A stretch of DNA of 64,000 nt from assembly GCA_964016885.1 (NCBI GenBank), contig OZ024742.1, positions 169,508,001 to 169,572,000 of the forward strand, given 5' to 3'. Positions 41,562 to 54,770 of the stretch are shown here, in pieces. The notes beneath the pieces were generated by a model that saw only the letters and a program-made list of their open reading frames with translations, ran no database searches and was not told where the DNA came from. The stretch comes from Eledone cirrhosa. Lineage: Eukaryota. Position 1 is the first letter of the stretch, and every line of letters starts with the position of its first letter. A program made the translations under genes and the position numbers.

Positions 41562-42608
41562 CATGGTTGAAGTCCTTCATTCTCAGTCGAAAAGAGGTAG
41601 TCACGGTTCGAGGACAGCATTCTTCACCCTATGAGATGTCATCTGGTGTGCCACAGGGATCTGTTCTGGACCCCCTTTTGTTTGTGGCATATATTAATGA
41701 CATAGATGCCAACTTAAAGAATTTCATAGTACTGAAATATGCAGATGACATCAAGCTGTACCTTGAGATAAAAAGGACAGATCCTGAACACTATAGATCT
41801 TGTCTGCAATCTGACCAGGACACAATGCAACAATGGATCACACATTGGTAACTCAAGAAGTCTTCTTGTGAACGTGACCTGGGCATTACTGTCAGCAGCG
41901 ATTTGTGTTGGATGAAGCATGTCTCTAAAATTGTCAAGAAGGCCAAGGGTGTCTTGCATCACTCAGTAAGCCCTTTGTCAGCCGCTCTCCAGCTATCTAT
42001 TGTATATAGCTATGGTGCGGCCACACTTAGAATTTACATCACCAGTTTGGAACCCCTATCTTGCTCAGAACATTGACCACCTGAAAACTGTTTAGAGATG
42101 TGAAACCAAGCAAATACCCTCCATAAGGCATTTACCATACTCTGAATACCTTGCTTCCTTGGGCATGGATACATTGAAACTCCGACATCTGGCAACTGAC
42201 TTGGTAAGCACCCACAAAATTATTAACCATCTTGCCAACAACAACCCTGAGCACCTTTTTGAATTCCATGTGTCTAACATCCATGGGCATGCCTACAAAG
42301 TCAGAAAACAGCACAGTTCCCATGACTTTCAGATCATTTTTTTCATGCTCAGAGTTGTTGAAGCAAGGAACAAACTACTTGCATCGGTTGTTAGCTGTTG
42401 GGACACTGCATCCTTCAAAACCTCTATGCTTCCTGAATTTCGCCAACACTACACCTCCATACAAACACATCTGTGTATCTGTGTGTATATCATGACTCAT
42501 ACACTGTTCACTTTTCTGACATTTGTACGTTATTCTATGTACTGTATATGCACCTTTGATGAGTTGTAGTGCACCTGAGTACTGTCCACTATAATTTCAT
42601 TATTATTA
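41562..42608 (+). mobile_element. CR1-type LINE, decayed 3' portion
   Basis: Same family as 19853-21470 ([12 protein letters not shown]); (ATT)n tail. Confidence 0.88.
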
Positions 42609-42999
42609 TCATCATCACTGTTTTATGTCCATTTTTCCATGCTAGCATGAGTTAGATGAGTTGTCCTGTTGTGGACAATGCCAGGTCAGGCGACCATGTC
42701 TTGCTCATACAGAACCGATTTTGGCTTGATTTCTACAGCTGGATGCCTTTTCTAATGCCAACCTCATTTACAGTAAGTACAGGGTGCTTTTGTCATGGCG
42801 GCTACATGACCACTTTACTGTGTGGACTGGGTGCTTAAGAATAAATATTGTTGTCTCTGATTGAGATGAAGTGATGGCGTATTTGAATTCATATAAAAAT
42901 GAGAAAACTCATCGCTAGAACAGCCTTACTCCAACACACTTCTCCTTGTCCTCCTCCTCTTTCAATCTTTTCTGTATTTCATCTGCCTGTCACCTACCT

Positions 43000-45372
43000 C
43001 ATGGGTTGTCACCCTGCTGGCCACACGTCTCTGTCATCTGAGGCATTTTGACCATCGCTGTCATTGACAACATTTGGCTGTTTTGACAGCTGTTCTAGTG
43101 ATGAGTATTCTCATTTTTTTATATGAATTCATATATATATATGATAATTGCAACTTTGCAGAAGAGGGCTATCTCTTTTATGTTGTGCTGAATGATCATG
43201 AGCCTGCAAACCTGCCTCGCTCATTCATGCATACAGTTTTACAGATGTGTCACAAGACCTGGAGAGGAATACCATCAAGACTTGATGCTTTCCGAGTATT
43301 AATCTCCTCCACAGTCTGTTAGACCTCTGCCAGAGTAGGATGATCTGACATCTCGTGAATTATATCCAATAGAGGCAAGTTATTGATGATATCTGCATTA
43401 AACTCTGAGGATTATAAAAAAGATCAATAAAATGCTGACTCCAACATTCCATTATACTGTCTGTGTCTTTGAAAAGGACAGACTTGTACTTGGACGTAAG
43501 TGGTATATTAGACAAGGATTGAGGACCAAAGGCCTGATTGATCAGGTAGTACAATGTCTTGAAGTCCTTTCGATCATAAGCACTCTGAATCTGCATTGAA
43601 ATATCTGACCACCATTCATTTTTCAACTGACAGATTCTGTGCTGGAGCAAAGATTTTGCATTCTTGAAGGACTGAAGCAAGGCAGAATGATCTTTATCTG
43701 AAGCACTCAAAAACTTTTGGTGGGTGTCATTTTTTGCCTTCAATAGCTGGTTGATCTGAGAATTATTTTCATCAAACCAATCTGATGTCTCTTGTTTCCT
43801 GATACCTAGGACTTCAACATTATTGTTGTTGACCATGATCTTAAACTGATTCTATGTGCCATCAAATTCAGTTTCTTCAGAAGCCCTCTCCAGATCCTTA
43901 CAAACTACTGGGTCCTAAAATATCGACATGTTTACGTGTCTAGCAAGACCTGTCCCATTTGATGCCAAATTCATTTTGTTATATACTAGAGCATGGTCTG
44001 TCCTACACTCAGCACCACATATGACCTTGACAGTGCAGACATTCTGAAGATCTCGTTTACAACAGATGACATAATGAAGAGTAACCCCATATTTGGATCT
44101 TGAGTGGATCCATGTAACCTTATGAGTGTCCTTCTGGTGGAAAAAGGAGATGAAAATGGCCAGTTCAAATTCAGTGCAGAGCTGAAGAAAGTGCAGTTCA
44201 TTGCCATTAATGCTTTTCAAGTCTCGTGATCCCTACCAACCCTTGTGTTAAAATTACCAAGGAGAAGAATCTTGTCTGTTTTGGGGACTTTGGCAATGGC
44301 AGATTGAAGATCTTGATAGAATGTCATTAGGGATTCCTTACTACTGGAGAGAGCTGGAACATAAACAGATTGCTGATTAGCTCAGTTCGAATATCAAAGC
44401 CTAACTTTGCTCACATTTCTCTTCCTCGAGCTTGTCCTTCCAACAAAGATGTAACCCACTCCTGATTCTGTCAACTGATCCTCACCACTCACCATGTTTC
44501 AGAGAGTGCAGCTTTGTCAATACCTTACCGAGCCAATTCTTTTGCTATCAAACCAGTTCAATGTTCAGGATTACTGGTCACATTGCTTTCAAGAAATGTC
44601 CTTATGTTCCAACTACTGACATTCATTCTGTACTTTTTGTTAGAGTATCTCTTGGTTTTTGCCATGCTATTATGAACCACAGCCAACTGCAGGCTGCTGG
44701 CCAGTTTGATGACCGAACATGCTTTGTTTAGGTTATCTTTTCTAAACCCTTTCCATGTGGTATGGCTGAGCAGTGCATTTGCAAAAAGGGCTGCTCATAC
44801 ACTCAAGACTCCACCGAAGCTTGTTTTTGCTCAGGTTAATAGTGCTGTGATGTTAGAATAACACTAGAGCTACCCACATATAAATTTGTGACTATGTGCT
44901 TCTAACCGGCTGAGTTTGCACATGTTGCCACTCCTCCATTGCTGTGGGACTTGTAAAGAATTATCTGCACTTAAAGATGGCAATACTACTTGCTTGTGCA
45001 TAGCACCCACTCCATCCCCACAGTTATGTGTCTAGTGACAAGCCAAGGCAAGATAACAGGACTGTTACGAGGATCGCATGTGTTATAATCATGGAGTTTA
45101 ACTTCTCTAGGGGGTATGGCGATACGCACCACGCTTCACCAATTGCAGGCTGGTGAGGCTATTTACTCCATAATTGGGGTGGATGGCCGTAGACTTTGTG
45201 GAGTTCATCTGTCCTTTGACAGCTTTTGTTTTGTGCTGCTGGATTTCCACAAACCCTCCTCGTCAGACCAGAATTTGGTGGGGTAGCTGGTTTAGTCACT
45301 GACCTCTCGACCATGAAACAGATTATACTGGACTACATAGTATCAGTAGCAGACAGAGATCTGACCTAACCA
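43000..45372 (-). mobile_element. Decayed RTE LINE, 5' half with 5' UTR
   Basis: MNVSSWNIRT..AALSET APE start (~44630), LLGNFN..VG, KVTWIH, TDH, DWFDEN linker; 5' UTR homologous to the 23242 element. Confidence 0.8.
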
Positions 45373-45389
45373 ATATATATATATATATC

Positions 45390-46598
45390 ATCACCGTTTA
45401 ATAGCTCTTTTTCCACGCTTACATGGGTTAGATGGTTTGTCACATTATTAGATAAGTCAGGTGAGGTGACCATGTCTTGGTTTCTACAGCTAGATGCCTT
45501 TCCTAATGGCAACCATATTACTGTGTGGACTGGGTACTTTTTAACATTGCACCAAAACGACCATCTAACAAGGTGGATTGGTTTGTAGATTTAAAGGAGC
45601 TTGTTTCCTATGAACTCTTACTACTTAGTGCTCCTGTGTATCGGCCACACACAAACCTATATTCTTTGTTAACTTGCCTGAAATCCCACTATATCTCTTG
45701 TGTACCCATTCTTTACTTTTGGGACAAAGGATGGAATTTCTACCTACTCCTTTCCTGCACGCTGAGCAAGGCCATTTCTTTGAGGGGACCTGGGCCCTGT
45801 TTTCCTTTCTACTTACTAGAACTTTAGTCTTTGTTAAGTTGACTTTAAGACCTTTTGATTCTAGGCCATGTTTCCAGGTTTGTAATTTCTTCTCAAATTC
45901 TGTCTAGATTCAGCTATGAGGGTTAAATCATCTGCATACAGGAGGTTTCATGGGCAGCCAGGCTTACACTCTTCTGATATAGCCTGCAGGATGATGAACT
46001 ATTTGCATGCTAAATTCATCACAATAGTCATTGTTAATTCTAACCTTGCTGACTGCTCCTCAATACATGGTTTGTATGCCTTCATAAACCACTCATCTAC
46101 CCCTAGTCTTCTAAGAGACCTGACTCTGTCAAAAGATTTCTCCAGGTCAATAAATGCCAAGTTGAGGAGTTTACTTTTAACCAGGTATTTCTCCTGAAGC
46201 TGCCTCATAGGAAAGAGGGCATTAGTGGTACTTTTACCTGGCACAAATCCAAAATGCAAGTCATCTAGGTTAACTCTGTCCCTAATCAGCTGTGCTATAC
46301 CTCTTTCTGTCACCTTCATGGCCTGGTCCATCAACTTGATGCCTCTATAGTTTCCTCTGTCTAGTGTATCTCCTTTGCTGCTATGCCAGTCATTGGGTAT
46401 GACACCATTTTGTATTACTTGGTTTACAATATGATTGGTTAAGGTGTGACTAACCATCCCAGATGCTTTCAGCAACTATCCCCAATGGTCCAGTGGCTTT
46501 CCTCATCTTCTTATCCTTAATTGCCTTACTATACTGCTGCTGACATGTACAGCTAGACCCTCTGTTGGGTTTACTTGAGATAGACTATCTTCCTCCCA
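45390..46598 (-). mobile_element. Old, decayed PHD-RTE copy
   Basis: [29 protein letters not shown] remnant, UTR remnant. Confidence 0.82.
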
Positions 46599-46609
46599 AT
46601 ACATGCATA

Positions 46610-47828
46610 CATGAGAAGCATTCAAAACGTTTGTGGAAATGTTTTATAGGAACACTATGCAAATATGTTACTAACTTAAATGTGTACATGCATGCTCTAA
46701 TCTGTATGATGTAAAAGTAATTTGATCAATAAATTGAAATTTATGGCATTTTGAAAACAACTACCCTTAAAGCAACATGTTCTGTCAAAATTGAAACAAG
46801 ACTCATCATCACATTCATGATAAAACTTGGCTGGAAGAAAAAGGACATTGTTGAAGCCCTGAGAAATGTTTATGATGATACTTCCCTTAAAAAATCAGCA
46901 ATTTACAAATTGACAACTTGTTTCAAAGAAGAATGAGATGGAATTGAAGATGATGTATGGACCAGCAGGCCATCAATATCAATTGAGATTTAATTGATGG
47001 AGGCCAATGATTAGCAACATAAAAAATAGTTCACACACTAGACATCTCAGTTGGTTCAGTTCACACAATTCTAAGTCATAAATTAAAATTAAGCAAACTT
47101 TCTGCATGCTAGGTGTCAAGACTGTTGCACCCAGATCAACAACAAGAGCAGAAAATTTAAACAAATGGGATCAAAATGCAGAAGGCTTTCTGAGGCAAAT
47201 TGCGACTGGAGATGAAAAGTGACTTTACGAGTGTGATCCTAAAGACAAAGCTCAGTCAAAGCAAGGGTTACCCAATGATGGAAAGGGTCTGGTTAAAGCA
47301 AAAATGAACTATTCTGGAATAAAGGTTATGGCGAAAGTCTTTTGGGATGCTGGGGGTATTTTGTTAGTTGACTTCTCAGAAGGAAGAAAAACAGTAACAT
47401 CTGCGTATTATGAAAAAAAATTTGAGAAGTTTAGGAGAAAGGCACCCTGAAAAATTTCATGAGAGACTTCTTTTCCACCGTGACAATGTCCCTGCCCATT
47501 CCTCTCATCAAACAAGGGGAACCTTGTGAGAATTTTGATGGGAAATTATTAGAAATCCACCCTACATTCCTGATCAAGCACCTTCTGATTTTTCCTTATA
47601 TCCTAAACTTAAAATATTTTTTAAAGGTACCAAATTTGAGACCAATAATGATGTAAAAATGACTAGTTTGACATGGTTAACTTCCCAGGATCTTCTGTTC
47701 TATCTGGACAGTATCATTGCTTACAATAATGCCTTGATGTTGATATGTTTATATGGAGAAATAAATCTTTTACATAAAATAGTTTTCTTTTCATTCCATT
47801 TTTCCACAAACATTTTGAATGCCCCGTG
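46610..47828 (+). mobile_element. Decayed mariner DNA transposon
   Basis: TA-flanked TIRs catgagaagcattcaaaacgtttgtggaaa / tttccacaaacattttgaatgccccgtg; HTH region (46751-46936), TGDEK, VFWD, H.DNVPAH and PDQAPSDF remnants. Confidence 0.85.
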
Positions 47829-47842
47829 TATGTGTGTATATA

Positions 47843-48075
47843 TATATTTTTTAAAGGTACCAAATTTGAGACCAATAATGATGTAAAAATGACTAGTTTG
47901 ACATGGTTAACTTCCCAGGATCTTCTGTTCTATCTGGACAGTATCATTGCTTACAATAATGCCTTGATGTTGATATGTTTATATGGAGAAATAAATCTTT
48001 TACATAAAATAGTTTTCTTTTCATTCCATTTTTCCACAAACATTTTGAATGCCCCGTGTATGTGTGTATATATAT
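47843..48075 (+). repeat. Tandem duplication (~230 bp) of the mariner right end
   Basis: Near-identical to 47613-47845, including the TIR. Confidence 0.9.
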
Positions 48076-48080
48076 ACATA

Positions 48081-48845
48081 CATGGGCATTGTGTGCAGAG
48101 GATCTACGCAGACTGGAGAGGAACGAAGCTTGAATGCTCCGTTGGATGTGTAATAGTAATATACGTGAACGGCAAAGCATAAATGAACTAAGTGAGAAAT
48201 TAGGAATAAGAGGGATCAGATGCTGTTTACTCGAGAGAAGACTACGTTGGTATGGTAACGTGATGCGCATGAAAGACGACAGCTGTATAAAAAGTGCAGG
48301 GCGATCAAAATAGACGGTAGCCACGGAGTAGGCAGACCCAGAAAAACCTGGGACGACTTGATAAATTCCGACCTCACACACTTACACCTCTCCAAGACAA
48401 TGTCACTGGACCGAGATCTTTGGCGCTACGCAGTAATACAGAAGACCCGCCTTGCCTAAGTGTAAAGCGAAACCTACAGTCAGTAGGCACCTCTTACCAA
48501 AATACACCTCCGTCCCACTACCCCCACCCCATCCACACCACCCTCTTTCGATGTAAAGTTATGTTGGTACCACAACATCCAGTCCTAAATAAATGAAGTC
48601 GTGTAGGTGTCACAACAAAAAAACACACAGTCCACGCTGTAATGTGGCCGTGTAGGTAACACGGTAAAAACCTCCCAGTCCACACTGTAAACATGGTTGG
48701 TGTTAGGAAGGGCATCCAGCTGTAGAAAACCCGCCAGACAGTCCTATACGAGCAAGACAACCAATCTTGCCTCAAGTGGGAAAATTACCGTCCAAACCCA
48801 TGCTAGCGTGGAAGATGGACGTTAAACGATGATTATGATGATGAT
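48081..48845 (+). mobile_element. RTE family A, 3' fragment
   Basis: C-terminus, UTR and tail, followed by (ATAC)n. Confidence 0.88.
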
Positions 48846-49589
48846 ACATACATACATACATACATACATACATACATACATACATACATAGATTTTATAC
48901 ACACACACATATGTGTGTGTTTATGTTTACTATTTGTTTATATCTTGTAAGTGATTCTGCAAAAAAATAATTCATAAAAAAAAATACTAGACCTGAAAAA
49001 GAATAAGTATTGGGTTTGATATGATAGGTTAACTGAATGTGGTACTCCAACATTTTAAGATTGAAACCAGTAAAAGAATAAAATGAAGCTTTAATTCAAA
49101 TTGAATTTTGAGAATATTCTTCTCTCTTTTTTCATATTCTTTGTTAAGCTTTTCATTGCATGTAAGGATATAATTTGGCCAGAATAAGATGTGGATCACA
49201 GATTTTCTTCAAAGAAAATTATATCTTTCACTAGGTATATCCAGGCCATTTCAAAATTTACATTCAGGAATTTCTTGGTCAGTTTTCTTGTGAAAGCGTT
49301 TTAGTTAATTCATTTAACTAAATAGTACAGTATTTGGTCATTTATTTAACTAAATAATACATTATCTATTGTTCATTTTAATCTTCCTTTTCTCTCTTTA
49401 TAAAATCTACCTAGAAAAATAGATTGGTCAAATTATAGAAATTTCTTTCCTGTTTAAGCTATATTCTTTTGGTGTACATTTCAGCTAAAGTCCACGTATG
49501 TGCATCTTTTAGGGTGAAGAAAATACACACATATATAGACAGCCCTATAACTTTTTTTGCTTTAATGGTGACTACTGCTAAGTGATTAA

Positions 49590-49821
49590 CCCTTTCATGA
49601 CCGTATTTCTAATGAAATACACTCTATTTCAATAAATTAATGAAGAATTTTGAGAGATTTACTAAAACTATCGATTATGTCATTACTAAAATAGAAACTT
49701 AATGTAAGGTTCTTATATAAAATTATATTGAAAGATTTTAATTTAAATTGAAAACCTTTAAAATGGGTGGTTTTATTCCATAGGGCCAGAGCCGGTTTTG
49801 GCTGGGTTAGTAACAAAAGGG
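49590..49821. mobile_element. piggyBac-like MITE
   Basis: TTAA-ccctttcatgac ... gtaacaaaaggg-TTAA. Confidence 0.6.
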
Positions 49822-50063
49822 TTAAATGTAAAGAAGTTCTCTCCTCAAAGAGCAAATGTGGCTGAACCAATGAAATTTATTTGAACTTTGTCTCTCTTTA
49901 AATTTCTCTTCACATTTAGTTACAATATTGTGTCAGTGAATTGGTAAAATAGAGTAAAAGCAAACATTTCTTGCTGTATTTAGTTATGTCACTTAAGGTT
50001 CTTATTTCAAATCTTGTTGAAGCCAACTAACCTTATACTTCTGGAATTGATCAAATATATAAT

Positions 50064-51243
50064 CAGTGTCATTCCTCTGTTCAAAAAGGGTGACCGCACA
50101 TCACCTGCGAACTATTGTCCAGTCAGTCTTACTAGCTGCATTGCCAAACTGATGGAATCAGAGAATCAATTTGGAACTTCTGGAACTCTCACAGTCTTAT
50201 CCGGCCCTAACTCCAGCTGCTGTGATCAACTTATCGAGTTTCTTGAAGACATCACCTGGTTCACTGATGGCGGCTCATGGGTGGATATTATTTACCTTGA
50301 CTTTGCTAAAGCTTTCAATTCTGTGCCACACAAAAGACTTATGGCAAAACTCTCCGTAATGGGTGTGAAGGATAATCTTTTTAACTGGTTGAAGTTCTTC
50401 ATTCTCAGTTGAAGAGAGGTAGTCACGGTTCTAGGACAGCATTCCTCACCGTATGAGATGTCATCTGGTGTACCACAGGGATTTGTTCTGGGCCCCCTTT
50501 TGTTTGTTGCATATATTAATGACATAGATGCCAACTTAAAGAATTCCACAGTACTGAAATATGCAGATGACATCAAGCTGTACCTTGAGATAAAAAGGAC
50601 AGATCCTGAACACTATAGATCTTGTCTGCAATCTGACCTGGACACATGTAACAATGGATCATGGACTGGTAACTCAAGCTGGCTGTGGACAAGTTTACCA
50701 CCATGCATTTTGGGAGTAAAAACCCAGCATCCACATACTCCCTCCACAACACTAATATTAAGAAGTCTTCTTGCGAACGTGACCTGGGCATTACTGTCAG
50801 CAGCGATTTGTGTTGAACGAAGCACGTCTCTAAAATTGTCAAGAAGGCCGAGGGTGTCTTAGCATTACTCAGCAAGACCTTTGTCAGCCGCTCTCCAGCT
50901 ATCTGTTTAAAGCTATATATAGCTATGCTGCGGCCACACTTAGAATTTGCATCACCAGTCTGGAACCCCTATCTTGCTCAGAACATTGACTGCCTGGAAA
51001 CTGTTCAGAGACGTGCAACCAAGCGAATACTCTCCATCAGGCATCTACCATATTCTGAACGCCTTGCTTCCCTGGGCATGGATACATTGAAGCTCCGACG
51101 TCTGGCAACTGACTTGGTAAACACTCACAAAATTATTAACCATCTTGCCAACAACAACCCTGAGTACCTTTTTGATTTCCATGTGTCTAACACACGTGGG
51201 CATGCCAACAAAGTCAGAAAACAGCACAGCTCCCACGACTTTG
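50064..51243 (+). mobile_element. CR1-type LINE, decayed RT fragment
   Basis: Same family as 19853-21470. Confidence 0.88.
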
Positions 51244-51650
51244 TGGCATACAGTTACTGTGCTTTATGTTCTGAGTTCAAATCCCGCCGAGGTTATCTTT
51301 GCCTTTTATCCATACGAGGTCGATAAAATAAAGTACCATAATGCACTGGGATCAATTTAATCAACTTTCCTCTCCCAAAATTGTTAGCCTTGTGTCTAAA
51401 TCAGAAATCATTATTAAAAGATTGAAGAGTTGTGGATTAGCAGTATCGGTAGAGTGGCAGACAACATGCTTTGCAGCATATAGTTATGTCCTTTTAAGTT
51501 CTGAGTTCAATTTCTACTGAGGTTAGCTTTGCCTTTCATCCTAACAGGGTTGATAAAATAAAGTAAAAGTAATAAACTGTGGGAGGGGGGTTCGACTTTT
51601 CCCTTCTTTTCAAATTGCTGGCCTTGTGCCAAAAGTAGAAACTATTATAA
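51244..51650 (+). mobile_element. Two adjacent OK-like SINE copies
   Basis: tctgagttcaa..gaggtt..ctttgccttt..atcc..gataaaataaagta motif occurs twice. Confidence 0.6.
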
Positions 51651-52859
51651 CAAGTTTGGACTGTCAAAATCAATTTGTAGTGATTGAAGCTATAGATGAA
51701 GATCATGTAGAAATCAATAGTATGTTGATGAATGTGACAGAAGTATACCAGAACATAGTTAATGGTGTTCTGGACAGAAGACAGACAAAGAAATAGAAAT
51801 GCATTTTGGATGAAACATAGGAAATTATTGTCGCATAAAATGAGCAAAAATTACTTGTAAGCTGCAGAAGGAATAAGAAATGGATCTTAAACCATTTTGA
51901 TATCAATCTATCCAAACCTACCTCTGCTGCTAAGGAATGAAACCACGTATTTTAGATGGTTCTGGTTTAGATTAAAATCTTCCCACATAATTTTATATAA
52001 AAACTTTTTGTTGTATAATTAAAATATTTTTAGTAAATCCTTCCAAATTCTTCAATACTTAATTAAAATACAGTATATTTTATGAGAAATAAGGTAACGA
52101 AAGGGTCAAAGTGTAAATAACTAAATATTAGAGTCCCAACAGCTGCTACAGGTGTTCAAGAAGAGATATAAGAAATTCCTTGGAAGTGGAAGCAGATAGA
52201 TTACTAGATATAGGAGACAGTAGAGAAATCAGAAAAGAATATGAAATACTTTGAGATTACAGGTGAAGGAAAGAGATTAAAAAAACCATTTGTGGTTAAT
52301 ATTGATGGAGAACTAATAACATCTTCATCATAGTTTCACGTTTTCTATGCTTGCATGAATTAGATGGGTTGTCATATTCTGAGGCTAGACATATCAGATG
52401 TTTGTGTCTTGCTCCATTCTAGCATAGTTTCTATAGCTGGATGTCCTTCCTAATGCCGACCTTACCACTGTGTGTACTAGGTGTACTTCATTGTAACACA
52501 ACCACTACCACCTAACAGTTAATATAAAAATTCAAGGAGAGAACATTTTAATACAGTAATAGACAAGTTGTTTAATGGCAGAAATGTTACAATAATTTCT
52601 GAATCACAAGAGGAGCTGGAAGTGGCTAGTAAGAGCTGTTGAATAAAACAGAAAGACTCTTGGATTAAATGGAATTTCAGAAGAAATATAATTGTAGGTG
52701 TATAATCCAGCACAGTATAATATTGGAAGTATTCACTCTGGTTATCTTTAATAGGATGCAGATTGCTTTCAAAAGTATACTAATGGACAAACAGGCTTCT
52801 GGCAATTGTGAGGTTGTAGTAACTAGATATTTATACATATGCCTTATTAGACAGCAATA

Positions 52860-53285
52860 CATCAAATTAAGACAGCCCTCGATAATGGCTAATGTTGACT
52901 TGGAAAAGGTCTTTGATAATGTCCACATGGTTACAGCTTGGAAGGTATTACATTTCTATGGTTTGCCAGAAAATGATATCAATATAACAAGTGCAATACA
53001 TCAAGGAAATAAATGTCAGGTAAGCTGAGATGGTTAGCTTTGAAATGAATTTGAAGTTTGGAGAAGAGTGCTGCAGGGGAGTGTTTTATTCTTTCTCTTG
53101 TATGATATACTCATAAACTACATCATGAAGAGGTGAAGAGAAGAGAAAGAGTTTAATGGATTTATGGAAAACTTTTGGCAGATTTGAATTATGCTGCTGA
53201 CATTTTTTGCTCAGCAATGAAATATCAAAAATGCAAAGAATAATATACAGAAGTTTGATGAAATAGGTAAAGGTGTAGTCTTCAA
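52860..53285 (+). pseudogene. Ancient non-LTR RT fragment (RTE-like)
   Basis: VDLEKVFDNV..WKVL..YGLP, VLQGSVL and DLNYAADI remnants. Confidence 0.6.
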
Positions 53286-53286
53286 G

Positions 53287-53318
<32 letters not shown>

Positions 53319-53490
53319 TTTATGTCCGCTTTTCCCTGCTTGCAAGGGTTGGACGGGTCCTATTCAGCACAGCATCTCTCCACTTGTCACGGTCCTTCGT
53401 CATCTCCTTGGTGAGTTTCAGTGATCTGAGGTCTGCTCTCACCACCTCCGCCCATGTTTTTCGTGGTCTACCTCTACTGTGTCTTCCTTC
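53286..53490 (-). mobile_element. RTE family C, 3' end
   Basis: Reverse complement matches 11283-11457. Confidence 0.85.
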
Positions 53491-53887
53491 TACATTATAA
53501 AAGTGAAATTATAAATATTAAGCAAGCTGATACAGTAAATATATTATTGACTGCCACATACTAGAAGAGTCAGGACACAGTATGGCCATATAGTTAAGTT
53601 CACTTTATAAGCATTAGGTCCTGGGTTCAATCCCAGTGCATGGGATCTTGGGAAATGTCATTTAGCATAACTTCAGATTGATTCATGCCTGTTTAAAAGC
53701 CTGTCAGATGGACTGTACCCGTAATTCATAGGGTCAGCCATGTCACACACTGTATTATGCTTAATTTACATTAAGGATACACATGTCTGTGAAATGATCA
53801 GTCACACATATGTTAATTTCATAAGCAGGCTGTTCCATTGACCAAACAACTGGAACATTCATTGTTGAAACTAAAAGAGATTCACTC

Positions 53888-54142
53888 CATGGGTTAAACA
53901 GGCTGTCGTGTTATGAGGTCAGACAAATTAGTAGATGTCTTGGTAATATGATCATTGGTTAAACAGGCTGTCATGTTATGAGGCTAGATAGATTAGTTGA
54001 CAATGTCTTGCTAGTGCAATTATGGGTTAAACAGGCTGTGATGTTATGAAGCTAGACAGATCAGTTGACAATGTCTTGCTAATACAATCATGGGTTAAAC
54101 AGGCTGTCATGTTAGGAAGCTAGACATCTTGGTAATATGATA
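53888..54142. repeat. Minisatellite, ~4 units of ~65 bp
   Basis: atgggttaaacaggctgt.atgttatga.gctagaca.. repeated. Confidence 0.75.
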
Positions 54143-54770
54143 ATTGATGAAAAATTGTCTGTGTTGGACCTCCATCAGTTCCAACGATGAATGTTCCAGT
54201 TGCTCAAACAATGGAACAGCTTGCTCATAAAATTAAAGTACAAGTTAACAACCCATCCAACCCATGCTGGCATGGAAAGCAGGTATAAAGTAATGATGAT
54301 GATGATGTTTGTGCATATTTTTTAATATCTTAGCTGTTGGTGTCACAATAAAATGCACCCAGCCCACTCTGTAAAATGGTAATGTTGGTATCTGGAAAAA
54401 AGCATCCAGTCCACCTTGTAAAGTGGTTGTGTTGGTGACACAACAAAAAGTACTCAGTCCGTCCCACTAGGTGCTAGTGCTGGTATCATGAAAAAAGCAC
54501 CTAGTCTAATCTGTTAGGTGGTAGTGTGGTGCCACAAAAAACAAAACAAAAAAAACAAACATGATGAAGTGGTTGACGTTAAGAAGGGCATCCAGCCTTA
54601 GAAATCATGGCAAAATGGAATTTATGTGCAAAACACTTTTGTCTGGCCTGCCTGTCTAGCCTCACAACAAGACAACCCATCTAACTGATGCAAGCATAGG
54701 AAATAGACATAAAACTGATAATATGATGATGTGTAAGCACTATATATAGTAGAGAGGTAGTCAGTGCATA

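Noticed and set aside
53888-54142. CRISPR-like repeat array
   Set aside because: Whole units are degenerate tandem copies without unique spacers; eukaryotic context, no cas genes
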